A stretch of DNA of 64,000 nt from an uncultured Acidobacteriota bacterium (GCA_963753035.1 CAVWAW010000023.1:14944-78943); one strand, 5' to 3'. Positions 30,579-39,751 are shown, numbered from the stretch's first letter. Notes: generated from the sequence alone by a model not told the origin. Numbers and translations: made by a program.

Positions 30579-31556
30579 CTACTCCCCCGTCAAATAGGTC
30601 ATTCCCGGGACGATCTCACCCTCGCCCACGGCGGCGTCCTCGAGAACGCAATTGGGGCCGATGACGGCTCCCTCGCCGATGTGGCAGTAGCCGCTCACCA
30701 CAACCCCCGGTTCGATCACCACATCGCGGCCCACCTCCGCACGGGGATCGACCCAGGTGGTCAAGGGATCGCGGACGCTCACCCCCGCCTCCATGAGCGC
30801 ATCGACCACCCGTCGGTTGAGCACCCGGCCGGCGCGAGCGAGATCGGCGCGGTTGTTGACCCCCTGCATCTCCTCGGGATCATCGAGTCGGACCGCCACC
30901 ACCGCCAGGCCTCGCGCACGAAGGGCCGCGGCGACATCGGTCAGATAGAACTCGTTCTGGGCATTATCTGTTTCGAGCCCGCCCAGGGCGACGGACAACG
31001 GGCCGCGGTCGAAGGCGTAGACCCCGGCGTTGACCTCGCGGATGGCGAGTTGGTCGGGATCGGCGTCCCGCGCCTCCACCACCTCGCCAACCATCCCGTC
31101 GGCGTCGCGCACGATCCGGCCGTAGGTTCCGGGATCATCGAGCTCGGCGGAGAGCAGGGCGGCGGCGCTCCCGTCGGCCACGGCGCCCGTCAGAAGATCG
31201 AGGGTTTCGGGCCGAAGCAGAGGTACATCACCCGAGAGCACGAGAACCCGATCGGCGGCCCGTTCCTTGAGGCCCTCGAGGGCGACGCGAAGAGCGTCTC
31301 CAGTGCCGAGCTGGGGTTTTTGCAGGACCTCTCCGACCCCCCGCTCCCGCACCACCTCGCTCACCGCTTCGGCCTTGTGACCGACCACCACCACGATGTC
31401 GTGCGGGCGCGCGATCCCGAGGGCGAGATCGATAACGTGATCGATGAGCGGCCGTCCGGCGAGGTGGTGGAGCACCTTGGGCAACTCGGAACGCATCCGG
31501 GTACCCTGGCCGGCGGCGAGGATCGCCACGGCCCAACGAGGTTCAATCGCGCTCAT
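30579..31556 (-). CDS. glmU: GlmU-like N-acetylglucosamine-1-phosphate uridyltransferase with truncated left-handed beta-helix (325 aa versus about 450)
   Basis: AILAAGQGTRMRSELPKVLH signature and a complete nucleotidyltransferase domain. Only about 75 aa of hexapeptide repeats are present before the stop. No continuation in any frame downstream, where repeat R3 starts. Confidence 0.8.
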   Translation of the reverse strand: MSAIEPRWAVAILAAGQGTRMRSELPKVLHHLAGRPLIDHVIDLALGIARPHDIVVVVGHKAEAVSEVVRERGVGEVLQKPQLGTGDALRVALEGLKERAADRVLVLSGDVPLLRPETLDLLTGAVADGSAAALLSAELDDPGTYGRIVRDADGMVGEVVEARDADPDQLAIREVNAGVYAFDRGPLSVALGGLETDNAQNEFYLTDVAAALRARGLAVVAVRLDDPEEMQGVNNRADLARAGRVLNRRVVDALMEAGVSVRDPLTTWVDPRAEVGRDVVIEPGVVVSGYCHIGEGAVIGPNCVLEDAAVGEGEIVPGMTYLTGE

Positions 31557-31629
31557 GGACGCCGATTATGGCCAACTCGACCGAAAAAGGCGAGGAACGG
31601 ATGCTCGAAGTGGTCTGTGTTTGGGGTGT

Positions 31630-32214
31630 TCAGCGCCGGCGGAGTTCGTAAAGGACCTGCTTGGCAACGGCCTTGAGGGTCTCGAAAACACCCATCCCCT
31701 GCACCGCGATGGCCTCGAAGGTGGGCTCACCCTTGAAGTTGAGGGCACGGTACATCTGATCTACCGGGACCGCCGTGGGCAGGTCACGCTTGTTGAACTG
31801 GAGAACATAGGGGATGCTCTTGAGATCGAAGCCGTTCTCGTCGAGATTGTCCGCGAGGTTCTTCATCGACTCCATGTTGGCGTCCATCCGCGCTTCCTGC
31901 GAATCGGAAACAAAGACCACGCCATCGACACCCTTCAAGATGAGCTTGCGGCTTGCGTCGTAGAAGACCTGGCCGGGTACGGTGTAGAGGTGGAACCGGG
32001 TTTTGAACCCGCGCACCGACCCTAAATCGAGCGGGAGAAAATCAAAAAAGAGGGTTCGATCGGTCTCCGTCGCCAGGGAAATCAACTTTCCCTTCTGCTG
32101 CGGGTTCGATTTCTCGTAGATGTACTGCAGATTGGTGGTCTTGCCCCCGAGACCGGGACCGTAAAAGACGATCTTGACGTTGATCTCACGGGCGGCGTAG
32201 TTGATGAAGCTCAT
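31630..32214 (-). CDS. mglA: Ras-like polarity/motility GTPase MglA
   Basis: Near-colinear with Myxococcus MglA as I recall it: [33 protein letters not shown]...[13 protein letters not shown]...[29 protein letters not shown]. Confidence 0.93.
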   Translation of the reverse strand: MSFINYAAREINVKIVFYGPGLGGKTTNLQYIYEKSNPQQKGKLISLATETDRTLFFDFLPLDLGSVRGFKTRFHLYTVPGQVFYDASRKLILKGVDGVVFVSDSQEARMDANMESMKNLADNLDENGFDLKSIPYVLQFNKRDLPTAVPVDQMYRALNFKGEPTFEAIAVQGMGVFETLKAVAKQVLYELRRR

Positions 32215-32705
32215 TCGGAAAAGAGTGCGTCGATGTCTTCGTCGGTAATCTCGGCAAATGGGGACTCGGCGTCGTCAAAGCCACCCTCCTGCGATTTGAG
32301 CTCGATATCGCCGAGCACCCGCTCGATATCGGAGGAAGCCTTGCGGACCCGCAGTCGAACCAGACCGAGGGAGGACCGCTCGTCAAAGATCACCACGAGG
32401 ATGAGTCGCTGACCGACGATTGAAATATGGATGTTGTCCTTGCGACCCTCGTGAAAGAGGATCGAGAACTCCTTCTCTCCAATCAGTTTCGCAAGCCCAT
32501 CGGTGGCAGCGACATTTCCGGCCGTGAGCGACGCCAGGGACGTGGTGTCCACCTGGTCGATCTCACCCGCACCGGCGATCTGCTGCCCGTTTTTGTCGAC
32601 GAGAAATACAATCTTCGCACTGGCATCGATGCGAAGACGGTTGAGGAGTTGCGAAATTCGATCGAACTCCTCCTCATACATGACCAGACTGGGAGACACG
32701 TTCAC
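32211..32705 (-). CDS. mglB: MglB, Roadblock/LC7-domain GAP partner of MglA
   Basis: Roadblock/LC7-like core ([18 protein letters not shown]...[24 protein letters not shown]) with an acidic C-terminal tail. 4-nt overlap with mglA. Confidence 0.88.
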   Translation of the reverse strand: MNVSPSLVMYEEEFDRISQLLNRLRIDASAKIVFLVDKNGQQIAGAGEIDQVDTTSLASLTAGNVAATDGLAKLIGEKEFSILFHEGRKDNIHISIVGQRLILVVIFDERSSLGLVRLRVRKASSDIERVLGDIELKSQEGGFDDAESPFAEITDEDIDALFSE

Positions 32706-32791
32706 ACACTCCTCGTAATATCATAATTAACACAGACATCAAAGCCAGGCAAGGACGGTCACGACACGATAACCCGGACGGGGACGAAAAC

Positions 32792-33391
32792 TCAGACTTT
32801 TTTTCGCGACTGCAGAGCCAAAGCGAGAGTCAACTGGTCAGCCGCAGCGATTTCACCTCCCACCGGGATCCCCGACGCCGGCCGGCTGACTTCCACTCCC
32901 AGACTCTCGAGCCGACGGGCGATGTACAACGCCGTGGTCTCTCCCTCCACGGTCGGATCGGTGGCGAGGATCACCTCGGCGATCCCGTCATCCCGGCATC
33001 GCTCGACCAGGCGATCGATGGTCAGGTCTTCCGGCCCGACACCGTGCAACGGTGACAAATGACCGAGCAACGCGTGATACAGGCCGTGGTACTGGCGGGT
33101 GTCCTCCACCGACCAGACCGTGGTCGGTTTCTCGACAACGAGGATCATGCTGCGATCTCTCTCCGGATCGGTGCAGATCCGGCAGGGATCGTCCTCGGTG
33201 AGCGATGAGCACACTGAACACAGGCGTACGCGGCCGTGGAGCTGGTCCAGCGCCGCCGCCAATGCTGAAACCTCGGCCGGATCCGCAATGAGGAGGTGTT
33301 CGGCCAGACCCCGAGCGGTCCGCGGCCCGACTCCGGGAAGACGCTCGAGGTGTTCGAGCAGCACCCGCACGGCGGCGGGTCGCAGATCCAT
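32792..33391 (-). CDS. recR: recombination protein RecR
   Basis: HhH motif LPGVGPRTA, zinc finger CSVCSSLTEDDPCRIC, and a Toprim domain. Confidence 0.94.
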   Translation of the reverse strand: MDLRPAAVRVLLEHLERLPGVGPRTARGLAEHLLIADPAEVSALAAALDQLHGRVRLCSVCSSLTEDDPCRICTDPERDRSMILVVEKPTTVWSVEDTRQYHGLYHALLGHLSPLHGVGPEDLTIDRLVERCRDDGIAEVILATDPTVEGETTALYIARRLESLGVEVSRPASGIPVGGEIAAADQLTLALALQSRKKV

Positions 33392-34989
33392 CAGCGACCG
33401 CCGTCGGGTCGCACCCTGACGATTTCACCGCCGATGATCGAGCGGGCGAGCACAACCCCCGGGTCATTCTCGGCCTCGGCCGCGAGCCCGTTCTCGGTCG
33501 TGCCGGATTCATCCTGACCGGCCTCGACATCGACCCGAATCTCGGACGTGCCGGGATAGACCGCCGTACACGCGGATTCTAGAGCCGGACGAACCGCATC
33601 GGAGCCCGCGTACTTCGCCAGCGCCTGGGCATCGGCCGCGAATGCGAGAGTCACGATCTCTCCGACCCTCGTCACAGTTGCCGCTTCGACGGCGCCGGCC
33701 AGACGGGGGTGGTTCGCCCACAGGGCTTCCGCCACCGTCGTCGGGCGCGCGCTCACCGGTGGTGGTCCTCCTCCGCCCCGGGTCTCGGCCGTCGGCGGCG
33801 ATGGCGGGCTGCCGCCTGTCGGCGGTCCCTCGCCGCCGGCCAGCCACTGCTCGACCCGCTTGATCGCCGGCCAGCGCGCGAGCCGAAGAGCGGCCACCTC
33901 GAGGGCGAGTTCGCGGTTGGCCGCGTCCCGCAGCATGGGTTCCTGTTCGAGCCAGAGACCGAGCATCCGGGTCAGGGCCTCGGCGCCGAGCTCGGCTGAG
34001 AGGGGTTCGATCTTGGTCCGAAAATCGTCGGTCAGAGCGGGGCAGAGCGCGGGATCCACCGCGAGGTGGAGCATGGACCGCAGCATCCGCCCGGCCTCCT
34101 GATAGAGGATGGCTGCGTCGTGCCCGGCCGCGAGCTCGCTGCGAATGGTCGCGAGCGCATCGGCGACGCGACCCGCGGTGAGGGCATGCACCAGTTCCGC
34201 GGTCACCTCGAAGGAGGGTACGCCGAGCACCGCAGCGACCGCCTCGTCGTCGATGGAGTCGGCGGCGAAGGCGCGGAGCTGGTCGACCAGCGAGAGGGCA
34301 TCGCGAACACTGCCCTGGGCGGCGGACGCGATGGTCCCGGCGGCGCCCGGACTCAACTCGAAGCCCTCGCGATCGGCGATGGCCTCGAGATGCGATCGGA
34401 TGGCCTCGTTGCTCAAGGGCCGGAACTCGAGCTGTTGGCAGCGAGACAGAATCGTCGCCGGAACCTTGTGGCGCTCGGTGGTGGCGAAGATCCAGAGGAC
34501 GTAGGGTGGCGGCTCCTCGATGCTCTTGAGCAGGGCGTTGAAGGCCGATTTGGAGAGCATGTGGACCTCGTCCACCACCACTACCCGGTAGCGATCGCGG
34601 GTCGGCCGGAACCTGAGAAGCTCCTGGAGTTCGCGCACCTGATCGACCCCGGTGTGGGTCGCGGCGTCGATCTCCACCACATCGATGCTCGCGCCATCGG
34701 TGACCTCGCGGCACGAGTCGCACACACCGCAGGGCTCGGCCGTGGGACCTTCGGCACAGTTCACCGCCTTGGCCAGCAGCCGCGCCGCGGTGGTCTTGCC
34801 GACACCACGAAGCCCCGAGAACAGATATGCGTGGCCGAGGGCGTCCGACGACAGGGCGTTCTGGAGCGTCTGGACAACGGCGTCCTGACCGAGGAGATCG
34901 GCAAAGCGTTGCGGCCGCCACGAACGGGCGAGAACTTGATAACTCACCGCGACATGGTAGCAGGAGGGGCGCGCCTTTGATCCCGGCAT
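33391..34989 (-). CDS. dnaX: DNA polymerase III subunit gamma/tau
   Basis: YQVLARSWRPQRFADLLGQD...GLRGVGKTTAARLLAKAVNC...CGVCDSC...VVVVDEVHML. Start at ATG 34989 (alternative GTG 34947). The upstream 190 codons of the track ORF lie in repeat sequence. Confidence 0.9.
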   Translation of the reverse strand: MPGSKARPSCYHVAVSYQVLARSWRPQRFADLLGQDAVVQTLQNALSSDALGHAYLFSGLRGVGKTTAARLLAKAVNCAEGPTAEPCGVCDSCREVTDGASIDVVEIDAATHTGVDQVRELQELLRFRPTRDRYRVVVVDEVHMLSKSAFNALLKSIEEPPPYVLWIFATTERHKVPATILSRCQQLEFRPLSNEAIRSHLEAIADREGFELSPGAAGTIASAAQGSVRDALSLVDQLRAFAADSIDDEAVAAVLGVPSFEVTAELVHALTAGRVADALATIRSELAAGHDAAILYQEAGRMLRSMLHLAVDPALCPALTDDFRTKIEPLSAELGAEALTRMLGLWLEQEPMLRDAANRELALEVAALRLARWPAIKRVEQWLAGGEGPPTGGSPPSPPTAETRGGGGPPPVSARPTTVAEALWANHPRLAGAVEAATVTRVGEIVTLAFAADAQALAKYAGSDAVRPALESACTAVYPGTSEIRVDVEAGQDESGTTENGLAAEAENDPGVVLARSIIGGEIVRVRPDGGR

Positions 34990-35049
34990 CGCGATGGAAG
35001 GGTTGCGCACGAGGGCTCGCGGAATTGGCCTCGAACGGACGTGCCGTCC

Positions 35050-35530
35050 TTGATCATTGTTCGGATTCTCTGATTTTGTCGTCGGTGGATCCTCCGGGCT
35101 GAACAATGTCAAGGGGGGCACTCTCGGCCACCCGCGACGGGAGCATCGGGTTCGGAGGCGCGTGACTGGAAAAGGCACACTCAGCCCCGGCCTTCTGGGC
35201 CGCCGTGACGCCTTCGCGTCCCAGCAACCCAGCGTCGCACCATCGGCGTGGTCGCTCGTGGGTTGATTGGAAGGGCTGCGACCACGCCGATGGCACGCCG
35301 GCGGCCTGCCTCGTAGCCGGAAAAGCAGACCGAAAAGCGCTCCCCGAGGGAGCCCGGTTAGACATTGTGCGGGAAGCGCCGCGAAGCCTGGTGGTCGATC
35401 CGGCACAATGTCAAACCCGGCACGCCCGGTGGAGGCGATGTCCGCGTTTCCTTGTTGCGCATCTTCCTTGTGCCTCGAAAGAACGCGGGACGGGTTCCTT
35501 GAGGGTACGCGGTGTTGGCCTCGAACGAGG
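35050..35530 (-). repeat. mosaic repeat copy R4 (inverted orientation; order on plus strand C, H2, H1, B)
   Basis: CATTGTTCGG/CTGAACAATG (35055-35110), H2 35197-35230, H1 35240-35293 (stem CCATCGGCGTGGTCGC), and module B GACATTGTGC/GCACAATGTC (35361-35412). Confidence 0.8.
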
Positions 35531-35705
35531 CCTGTCGACTTTCTTCCCGACACGAAAAGGGAATTCACAAGTTTTTACGTCAACCAACCAGGGTGTTCCG
35601 CGTACAATCTAAGGTCACTCGTCGGCACACATCACTAACCGACTCATGTCGTTCGATGTTATTGTGTTGGCTGAAAAATTGACGAATGGACTCAAGGAGG
35701 CTTCG

Positions 35706-36857
35706 ATGCGCCGTCTGATCATCGCTGTTGTCGTACTCGCCCTGGTGGCGACCGCTGCGCCTGTTTTTGCCCTCAACTCCGGAACCGACATCATTGTTCC
35801 TGCCGCCGGCCGTGGCGCACCGTGGGCCACCGATCTTTATATTGCAAACCCCGGCAACGAATCAGTGACCGGTTCGGTTTTCTGGTTGGTCCGGGATCAG
35901 GCCAACCCGAACCCGGTGTCGTTCGATTTCACGCTGGCGCCGGGTGAGACCGGTGTCTTCGAGGACGTCATCCTCGCCGACTTCGGTCTCTCGTCGGCTG
36001 GTGGCGCGTTCTTCGTCTCCGCCACTGGCGCGGTGATCGTCAACTCGCGGATCTTCGCCTCCGACGGCACGGCCACCTTCGGCCAGGGTTTTGAAGGAGT
36101 GCCGGTGGGCGGAGCAACCCAGAGCGGCAGCATCGCAACCGTGGTGGGTCTGAGCTTCACCAGCGAATTCCGAACCAACATCTACGCCACGGCCGGTGCT
36201 AACGGCGCCACCATGACCCTTCGGTTGCTCGATCCAGCCGGTACCCAATTCGATTCGGCCGATCTGACGCTGGGCGCCTGGGAACCCTATCTCAAACGCG
36301 TCAACCAACTCTTTCCCAGTGTCGCCAACTTCGACAACGCAACATTGGTTGCCGATATTACGGCCGGCTCGGTAGTGGTCGGTGCCTCAAAGGTCGACAA
36401 CGCGTCCACCGATCCGACGACGCTCGAGTCCGACGCCACCGCTGGTGGATCGACATCCGTTGACGGCACCTACCAGATCTCGATCTATGATTCGGCCCTC
36501 TTCGCCGCCGGCGGTAATTTCGTGATCGATTCAGACATCGTCACCCAGATCAACGCCACCTACTTCAACTGGGACAAGCTCGAGGGCGGCGAACCGGCCT
36601 GCACCCTGCAGTTCCTCTGGGGCCTCGGCATGAGCCCGACTCCGGTTGCCGATTTCGCCTCGGGCGTCAGTTTCTCCGACAGCTACGCCTCCACCGGCAG
36701 CGGCGTCATGACGTGGACCGTAACCTTCACTGTCGAGGACAACATGGTCATCGACGGCACGGTTGCCGCGGTCGGCTCCGATTTCACCGATCCCGACGAG
36801 CTCGGCTGCAACGGCACCTTCCCATCGCTCCCTCTCAGAGGCGGCAAGATGGAATAG
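35706..36857 (+). CDS. secreted hypothetical protein carrying one copy of a ~200-aa uncharacterised module (shared with the 1.4-kaa protein at 42372-46710)
   Basis: AAGGAGG lies 6 nt before ATG 35706. Signal peptide MRRLIIAVVVLALVATAAPVFA. Module landmarks are IVPAAGRGAPWATDLYIANPG, TFGQGFEGV, EFRTNIYATA and ASKVDNASTDPTTL. Confidence 0.75.
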   Translation: MRRLIIAVVVLALVATAAPVFALNSGTDIIVPAAGRGAPWATDLYIANPGNESVTGSVFWLVRDQANPNPVSFDFTLAPGETGVFEDVILADFGLSSAGGAFFVSATGAVIVNSRIFASDGTATFGQGFEGVPVGGATQSGSIATVVGLSFTSEFRTNIYATAGANGATMTLRLLDPAGTQFDSADLTLGAWEPYLKRVNQLFPSVANFDNATLVADITAGSVVVGASKVDNASTDPTTLESDATAGGSTSVDGTYQISIYDSALFAAGGNFVIDSDIVTQINATYFNWDKLEGGEPACTLQFLWGLGMSPTPVADFASGVSFSDSYASTGSGVMTWTVTFTVEDNMVIDGTVAAVGSDFTDPDELGCNGTFPSLPLRGGKME

Positions 36858-36886
36858 CCGTCAGCTGACGGACAAAGAAAAACGCA

Positions 36887-36920
36887 AAGGGCCGCCCACA
36901 TGGGCGGCCCTTTTTTCTTT
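36887..36920 (+). terminator. rho-independent terminator
   Basis: AAGGGCCGCCC-acat-GGGCGGCCCTT followed by TTTTTCTTTCC. Confidence 0.85.
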
Positions 36921-36929
36921 CCTACGTAT

Positions 36930-37400
36930 CCTCGCGCTTCTGAACCCGATGCTCCCGTCGCGGGTGGCCGAGGGAGCCACCTTTAGCATTGTTCGGGACC
37001 AACGTCGCACTGCACATCGGCGGTTCGCAACCCGAACAATGACAAAAGATGGCACCCCGTTCGAGGTCGGTTCCGCGCACTCTCCAGGTAAACATCCCGC
37101 GTTCTTTCGATCCACAAGGAGGAGGCGCATCAAGGAACCGCGGACATCGCCTTCACCGGGCGTGCCGGGCTTGACATTTTTCTACTCCACCACGTTCAGG
37201 CCATGAGCGCGACCGGAAAAACGTCAAGGGGGGCTCCCAAGGGACGCGCGATTCGGTCTGCTATTCCGGCTACGAGGCAGGCCGCCGGCGCGCCATCGGC
37301 GTGGTCGCAGCCCTCCCCGCAACCTCCGCGCGACCACGCCGATGGTGCGACGCTGGGCCGCTGGGACGCCAAAGCGTCACAGCGGCCCAGAAGGCCGGGG
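36930..37400 (+). repeat. mosaic repeat copy R5 (C, degenerate B, H1, H2)
   Basis: GAACCCGATGCTCCCGTCGCGGGTGGCCGAGGGAGCC, then CATTGTTCGGG/CCCGAACAATG. H1 is at 37293-37345 with a stem identical to R4. H2 is GGGCCGCTG-g-GACGC-caaa-GCGTC-a-CAGCGGCCC, then AGAAGGCCGG. Confidence 0.8.
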
Positions 37401-37460
37401 CCGAGGGAGGGATCATTCGTTTCCGGGCACGCGCCTCCGACTTGATTCTCCTTCCGAGCT

Positions 37461-37832
37461 TCAAGGGGCGCCGAGTTGATTCATCGGCCTCGCCGGCGGG
37501 TCCTTCGTCCCCGCCGGTGTCCACGGGCCGCATCTGACGAGGCGTTTTGCTGTCAGCCAACCGCCTCGGAGGGCGCCGTGCTCGCGGACAACGATCTCCG
37601 CGTACGCGCTGCAGGTCGGCGCGAATCGGCACTGGCCTCGCGGAATCAGCGGGTGGCCGATGGCCTGGTAGGCGTGAAGACCACCGATCATGACCCGGGC
37701 GCTGAGCTGCCGCGTGGGTGGTCGCGTGAGGTCCACAGCCAGGGCCGAAAAAAAGACGACGGCGACGACGAGCACCGCTCGCCGTCGCCGAAAAATCTGC
37801 ACCGGTTTCTCGTGGTCAGAACTTATCGGCAA
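37461..37832 (-). CDS. yidD: membrane protein insertion efficiency factor YidD (possible N-terminal extension; alternative start ATG 37691)
   Basis: CRFAPTCSAYAEIVVREHGALRGGWLTAKRLVRCGPWTPAGTKDPP matches the YidD signature CRFxPTCSxY...RxxRCxP...DP. Confidence 0.8.
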   Translation of the reverse strand: MPISSDHEKPVQIFRRRRAVLVVAVVFFSALAVDLTRPPTRQLSARVMIGGLHAYQAIGHPLIPRGQCRFAPTCSAYAEIVVREHGALRGGWLTAKRLVRCGPWTPAGTKDPPARPMNQLGAP

Positions 37833-38271
37833 ACTCGCTGATGCCTGGAACGACCAACCGGTCGCCGTTGAGGCCTTTGACGATGCACATCACGTGCAAC
37901 ACGAGCACGGCCACCATCACCACGGGCCAGGCCAGACCAACGATACAACCGAGACCCGCGCTCATGGCGCCGATCACCATCCCCACAATGGTAAGCCCGA
38001 CGAAGACGACAAACTCAGCGGCGGTGAGCACCAAACCGTTTTTGGCGTGCCACTGGACCTCCGAATCCTCCTTCTCCACCAGCAGTGGGATCAGAGCGAG
38101 CAGACCGAGATAGGACAGCACGATCATGAGTTTCCGGTTGTCCGAGACAACCCCCCCGGCGGCGGGAGCCGGGACCTCGGGCGGCGGCTCGACGGGTGGT
38201 GGCGGTGCGGCCGGCGGCGGTGGCGGTGGGGCGCTTTCGCTGGGATCCTGAGGAGGGGCTCCATCCATCAT
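37816..38271 (-). CDS. Pro-rich N-terminus, 3-4 TM membrane protein (possibly DUF4870-like)
   Basis: Start at ATGATG 38271 (AAGGAG upstream). MMDGAPPQDPSESAPPPPPPAAPPPP...LSYLGLLALIPLLVEKEDSEVQWHAKNGLVL. Family name is from memory. Confidence 0.6.
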   Translation of the reverse strand: MMDGAPPQDPSESAPPPPPPAAPPPPVEPPPEVPAPAAGGVVSDNRKLMIVLSYLGLLALIPLLVEKEDSEVQWHAKNGLVLTAAEFVVFVGLTIVGMVIGAMSAGLGCIVGLAWPVVMVAVLVLHVMCIVKGLNGDRLVVPGISEFADKF

Positions 38272-38408
38272 CGTGCTCTCCTTTGCGCATGTGGTTCGTT
38301 TCAAGAGTGAACACGAGGATCTTACCTCAGCGATCCGAATTGTCGAAACGGGGGTGAACCGCAAGGACGCGAGGACATCGCAACTGCGACCGAAAAACTC
38401 TCCTCACT

Positions 38409-38456
38409 ACAAATTTACGCCCCGCAGTCGTCAACGACTGCGGGGCGTAAATTTGT
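38409..38456 (-). terminator. perfect 22-bp hairpin downstream of tRNA-Glu
   Basis: ACAAATTTACGCCCCGCAGTCG-tcaa-CGACTGCGGGGCGTAAATTTGT. No strong U-tract. Confidence 0.45.
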
Positions 38457-38477
38457 TGGTAGCCCGTACGGGATTCG
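38457..38477 (-). repeat. 21-nt direct duplicate of the tRNA-Glu 3' end
   Basis: TGGTAGCCCGTACGGGATTCG at 38457-38477 is identical to 38561-38581 (the CCA end, acceptor and T-arm of the tRNA). Confidence 0.9.
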
Positions 38478-38560
38478 CCCGCGGGCAGCTACGTGAAAAC
38501 TGAAGGCTGCGTGGGAGGTAGCGGCGGATTCCGTACCGCTGGCTTTTCGGATGAAAAGCA

Positions 38561-38636
38561 TGGTAGCCCGTACGGGATTCGAACCCGTGTTACCGGCGTG
38601 AGAGGCCAGCGTCCTAGACCCCTAGACGAACGGGCC
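38561..38636 (-). tRNA. tRNA-Glu (anticodon CUC), CCA encoded
   Basis: GGCCCGTTCGTCTAGGGGTCTAGGACGCTGGCCTCTCACGCCGGTAACACGGGTTCGAATCCCGTACGGGCTACCA. Folded by hand into a cloverleaf; anticodon loop CUCUCAC. Confidence 0.92.
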
Positions 38637-38700
38637 ACGCGAATCGACAAATTAACACACGATCCGCCGACACGCAACCTGATCGATCGGAGCGGGGTTT

Positions 38701-38709
38701 TGCTATACT
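38701..38709 (+). promoter_or_regulatory. candidate extended -10 element (TGcTATACT) for the gap-pgk-tpiA-secG operon
   Basis: TGCTATACT lies 32 nt upstream of the gap ATG. No convincing -35 was seen. Confidence 0.35.
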
Positions 38710-38740
38710 TTCGCGCTGACTAACACGCAGGAGGATGTGA

Positions 38741-39751
38741 ATGACTATTCGTGTGGGCATCAACGGTTTCGGACGCATCGGTCGTCTTGTGGCGCGCCAT
38801 CTCAAAGCTCGTGACGGCATCGATCTGGTCGCCATCAACGATCTGACCTCGCCGGAGATGCTCGGTTATTTGTTCAAGCACGACTCGGTCCACGGACTCT
38901 ACAAGGGTACCGTCAAGGTCGATGGTCAGACGATCACCATCGATGGCGACGCGATGAAGGTCTTCGCCGAACGCGATCCCGCCAAGCTGCCCTGGAAAGA
39001 GATCGGTGTCGACTACGTTTTCGAGGCCACCGGTCTGTTCCGCGATCGCGAGACGGCGGGCGGGCATCTCACCGCCGGCGCCAAAAAGGTCATCATCACC
39101 GCCCCGGGCAAGACGGTCGACGAGACCTTTGTCATGGGTGTCAACAACGAGAACTATGACCCCCAGAGTCACCACGTGGTGTCCAACGCCTCGTGCACGA
39201 CCAACTGTCTGGCCCCCATGGCCAAGGTGCTGCACGAGACCGTGGGCATCGAACACGGCTGGCTGACCACGACCCACGCCTACACCAACGGCCAGAAGCT
39301 CCTCGATGTCCAAAGCGGGGACATGCGCCGGTCCCGGGCCGCGGCCATCAACATCATTCCTACATCCACCGGCGCCGCCCGCGCCATTTCCCTGGTCTAC
39401 CCGGTACTCGCCGGCAAGCTCGACGGCGCTGCCATGCGAGTGCCCGTTCCCGACGGTTCGGTCTGCGACCTGATTTTCGTCGCCGGCCGCGACGGCACCG
39501 TCGACGAGCTTCGCCAGGCCATGATCGACGCCGCCAACGGCGAACTCAAGGGCATCCTGCGCGCTGCCGACGAGCCCCTCGTCTCGAGCGACATCATCGG
39601 CGAGAACCACTCATCCATCGTCGATCTCGAGCTCATCTCGCAGGTGGCGCCAAACTTCTTCCGCGTGGTGAGTTGGTATGACAACGAAAACTCCTACTCG
39701 GTGCGCTGCGTCGATCTCCTGGAATACATGGCGGAGAAAGACAACTCATGA
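38741..39751 (+). CDS. gap: type I glyceraldehyde-3-phosphate dehydrogenase
   Basis: MTIRVGINGFGRIGRLV...SNASCTTNCLAP...WYDNE. AGGAGG RBS. Confidence 0.96.
   Translation: MTIRVGINGFGRIGRLVARHLKARDGIDLVAINDLTSPEMLGYLFKHDSVHGLYKGTVKVDGQTITIDGDAMKVFAERDPAKLPWKEIGVDYVFEATGLFRDRETAGGHLTAGAKKVIITAPGKTVDETFVMGVNNENYDPQSHHVVSNASCTTNCLAPMAKVLHETVGIEHGWLTTTHAYTNGQKLLDVQSGDMRRSRAAAINIIPTSTGAARAISLVYPVLAGKLDGAAMRVPVPDGSVCDLIFVAGRDGTVDELRQAMIDAANGELKGILRAADEPLVSSDIIGENHSSIVDLELISQVAPNFFRVVSWYDNENSYSVRCVDLLEYMAEKDNS

Noticed and set aside
33391-34989. A programmed -1 ribosomal frameshift site in dnaX (gamma/tau).
   Set aside because: There is no A-rich slippery heptamer (AAAAAAG-like, which would appear as a T-run on the plus strand) anywhere in the gene.
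34990-35640. SRP (4.5S/ffs) RNA, which often lies upstream of dnaX.
   Set aside because: I searched both strands by eye for the GGAAGCAGCC-type domain IV motif. Only a weak CCGGAAAAGCAGAC match turned up, and it belongs to the mosaic repeat.
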